Shown: piece after piece, positions 9,213-18,458 of the stretch
Numbering within the stretch: position 1 is the stretch's first letter
Layout of the letters: each line of letters begins with the position of its first letter
Origin: a virus
DNA length: 64,000 nt
IMG/VR virus record: IMGVR_UViG_3300007640_000027
Direction: 5' to 3' (one strand)
Notes under the pieces: model-generated
Databases searched by the model: none
What the model saw: the letters and a program-made list of their open reading frames with translations, nothing else
Told to the model about the DNA's origin: nothing
Made by a program: the position numbers and the translations under genes

Positions 9213-10976
9213 ATGGAAAACAATAAAGAAATATTATCTTCAATCCCCGAAGTTAAAGCCCACCGTATTTTAGAAAATTACAGTGGGTTTAATAATTATA
9301 TTCTATCCATTAAATCAAAAAAAGAAAAACAAAAACATTTTAAACTGACTCGTGCACAAGCCGATTACATTAACAAATACCATAAAGTAGTTCCAAAGGT
9401 GGCAAGAAAATGGGTGGAATTGGACAGTTATTTTGCAAAAAAAATGATGGAAGATAACCTATATACCAAAATACCTGAGAAAATATATGTGGAAAAACTG
9501 TTGGTTGAAAAAGATAAGGCATACCACATTTGGGGAAAAACATTTGAATCTGAAAAACTACATCCATTTTGGTTACCAAAAGTCGCAATCTTGCAAAATC
9601 AAAATCAGGTTGAGGTTAATATTGATTATGAAAAATATTCTCATAGACCACCATTATCTCATCAAAAGGAAGCGATTGAAAAATTGGTTGGGAACAAAAA
9701 ATTCATTTTGGCGGATGATATGGGATTGGGAAAGACGACCTCAACTGTTATCGGAGCATTAGAAACGGGTGCAAAAAAGATAATGATTGTTTGTCCCGCA
9801 TCCTTAAAACTGAATTGGAAACGGGAAATTGAAAATTATACAGATAGGTCAATTTCTGTTATTGAAGGGAAAAAATGGGAAAGTGCAGACTTTGTGATCA
9901 TCAATTATGATATTATCAAAAATTTTCACGATTCCAAAAATAAAGAAGAATCAATCATCTTGCAAGAAGATTTTGATTTAATTGTATTAGATGAGGCCCA
10001 TTATATTCAGAACACACAAGCCAAAAGAACCAAACTGTTAAATGATGTGATATCACAAATTGATCGGGTTTGGTTTTTAACAGGAACCCCAATGACCTCA
10101 CGTCCAATTAATTATTATAATTTGTTGGATTTGGTGGAATCACCCGTCGCTTACAATTGGATGGCGTATGTTATTCGTTATTGCGAAGGTTACCAATTTA
10201 ATGTCGGAGCAAGAAAAGTATGGAACGTAAATGGGGCATCCAATTTGGAAGAATTAAGAGATAGAACCAAATCTCACGTATTAAGAAGATTAAAAGAAGA
10301 TATTTTAGATTTACCTGAGAAAATTATAACTCCCGTCTATTTGAGATTAAAATCAAAAGAATATGAAGAATTAATGGGGGATTATTATGATTGGTACGAA
10401 AATGATGATGAAAAAAAATCTTTGACCGTTCAATTCACAAAATTAATGAAAGTTAGACAATGTATCGCAGAAGAAAAAATAAAAGATACGATTGAACTTG
10501 CTGAAAATATTATTGAACAAGGAAAAAAGGTTTTAATATTCACCAATTTTACTGATACATTAAATCAAATTGCGGATCATTTTGGAAAGAAATCCGTTAA
10601 GTTGGACGGAAGAATGTCAAAGAATGCAAGACAACTCTCTGTTGACCAATTTCAAGAAAATGATAAAATCAAAGTTTTTGTTGGAAACTTAAAAGCAGCT
10701 GGTGTTGGAATTACATTAACCGCGGCCGAAGCCGTTATTATGAATGACTTATCATTTGTCCCATCTGATCACGCACAAGCAGAAGATAGAGCATACCGTT
10801 ATGGTCAAAAATTTTCCGTGTCCGTTTATTACCCGATTTTTGAAAATACTATTGAAGGAGTGATTTATGATATTTTAAATAAGAAGAAAAAAATCATCCG
10901 AACAGTAATGGGGGACGACGAAGGATCAACAGATACGTTTGAAGAAATAATGAATTTGATCAATAAACGAAAATAA
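9213..10976 (+). CDS. SNF2-family (HARP/SMARCAL1-like) helicase/ATPase
   Basis: LADDMGLGKT, VCPASL, DEAH, LTGTP, GITLTAA, QAEDRAYRYGQ. Confidence 0.93.
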   Translation: MENNKEILSSIPEVKAHRILENYSGFNNYILSIKSKKEKQKHFKLTRAQADYINKYHKVVPKVARKWVELDSYFAKKMMEDNLYTKIPEKIYVEKLLVEKDKAYHIWGKTFESEKLHPFWLPKVAILQNQNQVEVNIDYEKYSHRPPLSHQKEAIEKLVGNKKFILADDMGLGKTTSTVIGALETGAKKIMIVCPASLKLNWKREIENYTDRSISVIEGKKWESADFVIINYDIIKNFHDSKNKEESIILQEDFDLIVLDEAHYIQNTQAKRTKLLNDVISQIDRVWFLTGTPMTSRPINYYNLLDLVESPVAYNWMAYVIRYCEGYQFNVGARKVWNVNGASNLEELRDRTKSHVLRRLKEDILDLPEKIITPVYLRLKSKEYEELMGDYYDWYENDDEKKSLTVQFTKLMKVRQCIAEEKIKDTIELAENIIEQGKKVLIFTNFTDTLNQIADHFGKKSVKLDGRMSKNARQLSVDQFQENDKIKVFVGNLKAAGVGITLTAAEAVIMNDLSFVPSDHAQAEDRAYRYGQKFSVSVYYPIFENTIEGVIYDILNKKKKIIRTVMGDDEGSTDTFEEIMNLINKRK

Positions 10977-11031
10977 CCTCATTTTTCTTAACATTTGGTT
11001 CATAAGAATATTTATATATTAAAAAGACAAC

Positions 11032-12612
11032 GTGAAATTTAATATTTTAAGAAAAAAAGTTGATCTGATTACAGAACAAATAAACGGAAACCAAAGGTAC
11101 CCGAAAACAGCCGTTCTCAACGAAATCTACAAAAAGGTACCTCAAGAAATATTACTAGAAATGAAAGAAATAGGTATTGAAGAATTGCCCTATTCTTACG
11201 GTGCATTAAAACGTTTTATTGATGCAGAAACAATGGATATTCATTATAATAGACATTACAAAGGGTACGTAAAGAAATTAAATAAAGCCTTGGAAAATAA
11301 AGAAGACGGTGATTTGGAATTAGAACAAATCATCAAAGGAATATCAAGGTTCAATAAAACCGTTCGTGATAACGCCGGTGGAGCATTTAACCACGCCTTA
11401 TTTTGGAAAATGCTAAGCCCAAAAAGACAAAGAGCACACGGAAAGGTTTATGAAAAAATCAAAAAAGACTTCGGTGATTTTAATGGTTTTAGAAATCGTT
11501 TTGAAACCGTCGCAAGAAAAAGATTCGGTTCAGGTTGGGTTTGGTTGGTATTAACCAAAAGAGGTGACCTTAAAATTATGTCCACCGCAAATCAAGATAA
11601 TCCGTTAATGAACGTAATTAAAAATGGGGGTTACCCAATTTTGGGATTGGACCTGTGGGAACACGCATATTATTTAAAGTACAAAAATAAAAGAGATGAA
11701 TACATTAAAAACTTTTGGAAAGTTATAAATTGGGAATTTGTTAATCAACTTTATAACCTCAGAACACAAAAAAAAGTTAATGAGTCTCGTAATATCAAAC
11801 AAGTAATTAGTGAAGGAAAAAGTTTGGGTTGCAACAGAAAACAAGTTGGTTTTTATGCTCAACTTTTTAACAAAAATTACAACATTAAAAACCGATACAA
11901 AAATACCATTATGAGTATTTTGAAAGAACTTTTTCACGATTATTGGTACGATGCTGATGAATACGGAAAAGATGAATTATCGGGTGTTTATGATTTTGAA
12001 CAACCTGGTCGTTCGGTAATTAACAAATTGAACACTAACTATACCGCATTCTGCACATTGGTTAATGATTTAAACCAATATCTTAAACTTAATGGTATTG
12101 ATCCCATCGCATTTAACTTAGATGATAAAAGACAACAGTTATCAGAATTGGACCGTTTTTTAAGATACCTAATGGAATTGAGATATAGAATCTTTTCACC
12201 AGAATCAGAGACATTCAAAAAAGTAATGTCAGGTTTGGATATCAATAACCGTTCAGGTGACAAACGAGAAGTTGATGCGGTGAAAGATTTAAAAATAATC
12301 TTTAATACCGATGAAGTGGAAAAAGAAGGGGGTCTTGGTAAAAAAGTGGATGCACTCGGTGGTGTTGATGCTTATGTAATGACACCCGAAGGTAAAAAAA
12401 CCGTTCAAATTAAACCCCTAAGTGGTTATGAAGTTAAAGATGGTTTTGTTATTCTTTATGGAACAGGTAATGTTGCACCATATAAAACAGACTATATGGC
12501 GTTTAAACATAACACCAAAGGAACCTTCGTTTTTGATAACGCACAGACAAAAATTATTGACGGAAAATACGTTTATCCGATCTCTGCACTTTATAATAAT
12601 ATAGATTTATAA
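11032..12612 (+). CDS. Mn/Fe superoxide dismutase fused to a C-terminal PD-(D/E)xK-like domain
   Basis: HYNRHYKGY, NAGGAFNHALFW, FGSGWVWL, NQD, DLWEHAYY (all metal ligands present); about 280 extra C-terminal aa containing E...GVD...VQIK. Confidence 0.9.
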   Translation: MKFNILRKKVDLITEQINGNQRYPKTAVLNEIYKKVPQEILLEMKEIGIEELPYSYGALKRFIDAETMDIHYNRHYKGYVKKLNKALENKEDGDLELEQIIKGISRFNKTVRDNAGGAFNHALFWKMLSPKRQRAHGKVYEKIKKDFGDFNGFRNRFETVARKRFGSGWVWLVLTKRGDLKIMSTANQDNPLMNVIKNGGYPILGLDLWEHAYYLKYKNKRDEYIKNFWKVINWEFVNQLYNLRTQKKVNESRNIKQVISEGKSLGCNRKQVGFYAQLFNKNYNIKNRYKNTIMSILKELFHDYWYDADEYGKDELSGVYDFEQPGRSVINKLNTNYTAFCTLVNDLNQYLKLNGIDPIAFNLDDKRQQLSELDRFLRYLMELRYRIFSPESETFKKVMSGLDINNRSGDKREVDAVKDLKIIFNTDEVEKEGGLGKKVDALGGVDAYVMTPEGKKTVQIKPLSGYEVKDGFVILYGTGNVAPYKTDYMAFKHNTKGTFVFDNAQTKIIDGKYVYPISALYNNIDL

Positions 12613-12643
12613 AAAGTAAGATATTTATAATAAAAATATCACT

Positions 12644-13756
12644 ATGTCTATAATTAACGAACCAGATAGAAGTAAACTTTATACGAGAGTTAAACACCTA
12701 TTAGGTGCACCTATAAGAAGTGTTGAAATAGAGGATGAAATGATGGATTCTCTACTTGAACTTTCAATTCAGGACTATGCACAATACGTTAATGATTGGT
12801 TGATTGAATCACAATGGACATCTTTATATGGGCTTAATTTAGATGAACAATCTTTAACTCGTGCATTTACATCACGATCATTAGATTGGGAAACTCAATA
12901 TACATACGCTTACTCTAAAATTGTTGGACTACAAGCGGGGGGTGATTCTGAACTTAAAAAAGATTATATTGATCTCGTACCAAATCAACAAATATACGAA
13001 ATTCCTGCGGGTAGAGAGGTAAATGAACTTTTATGGTTTAGTAGATCTGAACTTGATGCCGCATTCTTTGATCCGTTTATGGGTGGATTCGGAGGATTTG
13101 GTGGTATCGGTTTGGGTGGTGCTGCTGGTTTTTCACAAATGGGTACAATGGGTAACTACTTTATTACACCCGCCTTTGATATCTTATTAAGAATGCAAGA
13201 TATTAACATTAAAAGAAGAATTATTTCTGGTGAACTTACTTATCGTATTACCGCACTTGCTGAAGGTAAAAAAGCATTACATTTAATGAATGTACCTGGT
13301 GGTAAGTTTGACTTCGGTAATATTCAATTTAATGAATATAGAGTTTGGTATTGGTATTATGATACTTTTGATAGAGAAGATTGTTTGGCAAAAAATCCTG
13401 ATGTGGTACGTTTACCGTCAGATATTCCAATTGACGAAATGAAATGGGACGAATTAAATACACCCGCACAAGCATGGGTTCGTAAATGGTTTGTTGCATA
13501 TGTAAAAGAAACTGTTGGTCGTGTTAGAGGAAAATATCAGGGTAATTTAAAAACACCTGATAGTGAAATTCAAATGGAATATGATTCTTTATTAACTGAA
13601 TCTAAGGACGAAAGATCAAAGTTAATTGAAGAACTTACACAAAGATTGGAAAGATTAAGACCAGAAAAAATGATGGAGAGGGAAGCATCCGTTGCTGAAA
13701 ATCTTAACAAATCACTTCAATACCGAGCATTCCCAAGACAATTTTATGTAATATAA
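12644..13756 (+). CDS. Neck / head-tail adaptor protein (T4 gp13-like)
   Basis: LGAPIRSVEI N-terminus; WVRKW...KE.VGRVRGKY C-terminus. Confidence 0.7.
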   Translation: MSIINEPDRSKLYTRVKHLLGAPIRSVEIEDEMMDSLLELSIQDYAQYVNDWLIESQWTSLYGLNLDEQSLTRAFTSRSLDWETQYTYAYSKIVGLQAGGDSELKKDYIDLVPNQQIYEIPAGREVNELLWFSRSELDAAFFDPFMGGFGGFGGIGLGGAAGFSQMGTMGNYFITPAFDILLRMQDINIKRRIISGELTYRITALAEGKKALHLMNVPGGKFDFGNIQFNEYRVWYWYYDTFDREDCLAKNPDVVRLPSDIPIDEMKWDELNTPAQAWVRKWFVAYVKETVGRVRGKYQGNLKTPDSEIQMEYDSLLTESKDERSKLIEELTQRLERLRPEKMMEREASVAENLNKSLQYRAFPRQFYVI

Positions 13757-14103
13757 TGGCAATTTATAAGTCAATACCCTCAATTAGAATTATCAATGGA
13801 AGGGAAATTAGAACTTCCGATAATGCTATTGTAAGTAGTCCAAGATACCGAACAAGTGGTGAAAGTTGCATTATAGTAAAAGATATACCTGAGGCACAAA
13901 TTATATTGGACGAAACAAATACGGATCACCTAACAATCAAATCAATAACCAAAACTATTATTCAAACAAACTTATTGATTGATGATAAGTTTAAAGAAAT
14001 TGAACTCGGAAATGAATCTTCAGTTGAGTTAAAATTTGTTATGGGTGGTTGGTACATCTTATCTTCTGATGGTTTGAAAGAAGAAGATTTAAGCATTGAC
14101 TAA
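13756..14103 (+). CDS. Hypothetical beta-rich protein
   Basis: ORF coupled to the neck gene (TAATG overlap). Confidence 0.55.
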   Translation: MAIYKSIPSIRIINGREIRTSDNAIVSSPRYRTSGESCIIVKDIPEAQIILDETNTDHLTIKSITKTIIQTNLLIDDKFKEIELGNESSVELKFVMGGWYILSSDGLKEEDLSID

Positions 14104-16916
14104 ATCTAACCCCACCAACTTCTTATTTTTTTCCACATAATTCATATCAACCAAATCCAATGTATTTTCCAAATACATATAAAACGGATCTTTTTGCATT
14201 TTCTTCCAAAACACAATTTCCATATCTGAAAGGGTTAATACCTCATCCAAATCATCTTGGTCCCCATCTCTTCTCGGATAACCTCTCACCAATTCTGTTT
14301 GGGTGTGAGTAAATAAAGGACGATCCGCAGGATCTTCAATCAATATTTCATCACGAATATCAGGATGAAAAACAACCAATAGGGGTTCAATTCTTTTATT
14401 AAATGAACTGATGTAACGAGCGATGTTATATTCACCCAATTTATCGGGATAATTTTCAATATCTTTTTCATCAATTAAATAACAATTCAATTGAATATCA
14501 ACATCATCTGCGGGCATTGTTTTTCCGTATTTTGCCTTGTATTCACGTTTTTCTTGTGCGGTTGCGTTCCAAACATTTTTCTTAACCACATCGCCGTGTG
14601 ATTTTTTCTCACCATTATTCACATAATAAATGGTGTCACCCAAACCAACAGGAAGGTTATGTTGAATTGCAAGTTCCATATGTGCTTGACGTGACATTAA
14701 TGATCCCGCTTTGGTTTTCTTTGTAATATGAACTTTATATTCATTAATACTTTGTTTTACCCTTGCTTTGTTTGCAATCTTTGCAATTGGAATTTGTTGG
14801 TTATAAATCTTCTCCAAATATTCATAATAGTAGTCCAAAAATTCGTGTCCCTTACCGTCCAATAACAATCTTAATCCGTGATCCAAAAACTCTGCAACAT
14901 ATGTGGGTAATTTTTTTGACTTAATGGTGTTACCTGTAAGTTTTACTTTACCCTTATCAGTAAGAAGGGCATAGTTTTTACGGGCAACATTTATGGTTGA
15001 CGGCCAAATACCATCTGTATCCAACCCCATTTCACCTCTCATAAACAGATCATTATATTCAGCAACATCGGCTTCGGTTCCGTGATATTCTTTTCCTTCA
15101 ACAACCAAATCATTTAATCCTTTTCCAATATAAGTTTGCGATTCACGACCAGGTGGTGATGAGAAGTTCACACCATCCGTATCCATAACGAGGGGTTTGT
15201 AACCTCTATCCATAAACCACATAATCATCTGACGAAGGTATTGACGACCTGTACAGGTGATCTGTTCACCCATATCCATATCACCCCACGGGAATACTTG
15301 TGGTGCGGATAATGAACCAAAGAATGCGTTAATAAAGATTTTAATTGGCAACTGTTTGCGGTTATATTTTAAAGATTCTTTTGGGTTGGTTTCATATAGG
15401 TCCGCAGCCAGTTTTTTGTATTTGATACGAGTATCACGGAAATACTTTAACATACTTTTCATTGCACCTGTAACATCACATTCAGGGAATACATCGTGAA
15501 CCAACTGAATGGATGGGTATAGTGAAGAATAGTCAAGTTTTAATACATTAGTTGAATACCCAACAGCAAGTAGTCGTGATAAACCACCGGTAAATGATCT
15601 TTTTTCACCTTTTTGGGGTATTGCAAGACCTTTTTTATAAGACCATGCGGCCATAATCATTTTCCATAATGTTGCAGTTCCCATCGTTGATAACCTTTCA
15701 TATGTGGTCGGAACCAGTTTTGAAAGAAGGAAATTTGCCTGATTGAATTCTTCATCAACCACCATCGTTTCCCAAATATCATCATAAAGGTATCTTTCAA
15801 TGATGTATTGACCATTAACCTTTTCAAAAGCATCAGGGAACCGTTCCATAAGATTTTCGGTACCAGGTGCACCAACTTCTTTATAACCACCTGATTTTGG
15901 ATTAAAATAATAATCTTTGTTATCAAAATAGATTTTTCCGATTTTATCTCCCTCAACATAAACCCGATTTTCTTTTTCTGCTCCGATGAATTTGGTAATA
16001 TATTTCAAACCCCAACTTTTGATATCCGAGTTGATGGCTTGCGCTCTGCGAACCGCATGAGCAATGTCCACAATATTATAACCCCACATTTGAATTTGGG
16101 TATATTCCTCCATCTCATTTGCCAATTTGAGCATCCCTTGTTTTTGTTTGATTTTGGATTGAGGATTTAATGTTTTTGCAATCTTTTTGGGGTTCAAACC
16201 CAAAATCTCCGCTCTCCTTAAAATAAAAGGAAAGTCAAAGAATGCCGAGTTATAACCTCCGACCAATGAAGGACGAAGTTGCGCAATTGTATTGAAGAAC
16301 TCAATAATAACCTGTTTTTCTTCATCATCATTTTCACATGCGATAACCTTTTCAAAACCACGGTTATCTTTCATTCCGATTAAGAATATTCTGCTGGTCT
16401 CGGGAGATAAACCTGTGGTCTCAATATCAAATACAAATCGGTGAACCTCATCATATTCATCAAATCCTTTGAATAACCTTTTGTTTTTCTGAACGAGATA
16501 TTGTTCGGTTGGTGATAATATGATGATGTGTTTTGAATTTCCGCGTTCCCACGGATCCAATCCACCGTTTTTGAAAAAGTTAACCAAGTTTGCATATGAT
16601 TTGGTGGATTTAACCAAAAACTTAAAACCCTTTTCCATGCGAGGATCACCCATTGTATCTTGCTTCTCAATGATAATCCCGTGTTCAGACATCGCCTCTT
16701 TCTGTTGAGCCTTTGATCCGTTATAAAATTTTAATCCGTGAAGATTTCCGACCCATGCGAAGGGAACAAAGGAGTCGGTCTTAATTACCTTACCTTGTTC
16801 GGGGTGTTGAATGATTTTGTATATTTTTCCTGACGCATAATCATATTCAAGTGATACGATATATTTTTCAGGGTCCTCTCCATTGAGGAACTCTTCAATT
16901 TCTTGTTGTGATACCA
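14089..16916 (-). CDS. Family B DNA polymerase
   Basis: Exonuclease motifs FDIET and GYNSAFFDFPFI; polymerase motifs LDYSSLYPS, KIFINAFFG, MDTDG; ATG at 16916 preferred over the GTG at 16953. Confidence 0.95.
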
Positions 16917-16933
16917 TAATATTTGTTTTTTCC

Positions 16934-16980
16934 GTCTGAGATATTTTGCTCACACCGCAATGATGTGATTACTCTTTGAC
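16934..16980 (-). promoter_or_regulatory. Structured 5' UTR element upstream of the DNA polymerase
   Basis: mRNA GUC-aaa-GAG-uaa-[UCACAUC auugc GGUGUGA]-gcaaaauau-CUC-a-GAC, with nested stems. Confidence 0.45.
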
Positions 16981-16989
16981 ATTTTTCAA

Positions 16990-17018
16990 AATATAAGACA
17001 AAAAAAACCTTAAGTCAA
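16990..17018 (-). promoter_or_regulatory. Sigma70-like promoter for the DNA polymerase
   Basis: TTGACT-N17-TATATT on the minus strand. Confidence 0.6.
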
Positions 17019-17039
17019 TTTGGGGTAAGTAATAATTTT

Positions 17040-17687
17040 TTACTCTTCGCTGTTATCATCATAGAAGAAGACATCTTGATCACCAACACTCCACTTGGTC
17101 CCGTCTTCACAATAAAATTCTGTAGTTGATACTTTAAAATCAGGTATTTTAATACCTTTTGGTGTCAATGATTGATCATAATATAATACGCGATTATTTG
17201 GTTGTGCCGCGAATTGCCCATTTTCTAATTTTATAATATTAAATGATTTGTGTTCGTTAGGTGTTTCAGAAAGGGATACATTTAACTCATTCGGATCCGA
17301 ATGGCAAGAATCTATTGTAAACAAATAGTTACCACTATAAAATTTTTTATTTTTCATATAAACTCTACAATCTAAATTAGATAATGTTGATTTTTCAATA
17401 ACAGTTATATTATATGAAAACGCGTCCCACAATTCTAAATGATCCAAAGGTAACAACTCATCTTCATTTAAATCTGTTTTCCAAACATATGCCGATATGG
17501 GTAACTTATCATATACCGCACCATAATTGGTTAAATAAGACTCAAAGTATAGTGCACTACCCTTAATGGATTTTACTGATACCCAATAACAAGGCTCAAA
17601 CTCACCGTAACCTTTTTCAAAATCATACAAATATTCTTTTCTAACATAACATTCTAATGGTGGTAAGTTCGCAACTAAGTAACTCAT
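17040..17687 (-). CDS. Conserved phage hypothetical protein
   Basis: YLVANLPP...DKLPISA...QPNNR pattern resembles a widespread T4-like phage family (from memory). Confidence 0.6.
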   Translation of the reverse strand: MSYLVANLPPLECYVRKEYLYDFEKGYGEFEPCYWVSVKSIKGSALYFESYLTNYGAVYDKLPISAYVWKTDLNEDELLPLDHLELWDAFSYNITVIEKSTLSNLDCRVYMKNKKFYSGNYLFTIDSCHSDPNELNVSLSETPNEHKSFNIIKLENGQFAAQPNNRVLYYDQSLTPKGIKIPDFKVSTTEFYCEDGTKWSVGDQDVFFYDDNSEE

Positions 17688-17697
17688 ATTTAATACA

Positions 17698-18051
17698 TTA
17701 AATTATGTTTATATATAAAATTTCTCGTATCGGTGCAATTAACTCACCCATTGAATTCACAATATGAAATTCACCTTCATATCTCCCTTTTCTATTAGTG
17801 TCTCTTTTTGAGAATTTGTAGTAGATATAATATTCCGTTGGTGAGTCGGGGTTGTTTTTTGTTTTTGTTGTGATGTAAGCATTATTCATCAAAATCTTTT
17901 GGATTCCGTTATCCGTATTCTTCATTGAAAAACGAATGGTTGCGGTATCCAAATCGGCATCAAATATTTTGTAAGCATCTGTTCTTCCGTCACGGACAAC
18001 TTGCATCTTTAAGATTGGTAATTCACTATTTTGTTTGATAAAAAATTCCAT
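17698..18051 (-). CDS. BppU-like baseplate/Ig-fold structural protein, paralog 1
   Basis: FFIKQNSELPIL...FSMK...DT...G.YEGEF pattern. Confidence 0.55.
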   Translation of the reverse strand: MEFFIKQNSELPILKMQVVRDGRTDAYKIFDADLDTATIRFSMKNTDNGIQKILMNNAYITTKTKNNPDSPTEYYIYYKFSKRDTNRKGRYEGEFHIVNSMGELIAPIREILYINII

Positions 18052-18447
18052 TTATTTATTTGGTTTGCAACATAAATCCACCTCACTGAATGAATCATCA
18101 ATGTTTATAAATAGTTTATTTCTTAAAGGCAAAATAATTTCACCCTGACTATTTGTAATCTTAAACTCCGCTTGAAATCTTCCCATTTTTCGGGTTTCTT
18201 TTCTGGTGAATTGATAATAAACAAAATAATCTTCTTCAGGTCCGTCACCGGTCGTATTTGTTTTTTTAACTACAAATGCGGGTTTATTAACAATAACATC
18301 CATATCCGTTTCCACGTTTTTCATAGAAAAAGTAATGGTTGAACTGTTGGTTAAATTATCAAACTCACGAAAATCTAATCTTCCGTCCTTAATAATTTGA
18401 ACCTTTAATATCGGTAACGTACTATTTTTCTTTATAAAAAATTCCAT
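18052..18447 (-). CDS. BppU-like baseplate/Ig-fold structural protein, paralog 2
   Basis: Clearly paralogous to the adjacent gene (MEFFIKKNSTLPILKVQIIKDGR). Confidence 0.55.
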   Translation of the reverse strand: MEFFIKKNSTLPILKVQIIKDGRLDFREFDNLTNSSTITFSMKNVETDMDVIVNKPAFVVKKTNTTGDGPEEDYFVYYQFTRKETRKMGRFQAEFKITNSQGEIILPLRNKLFINIDDSFSEVDLCCKPNK

Positions 18448-18458
18448 ATTCTGTTATA

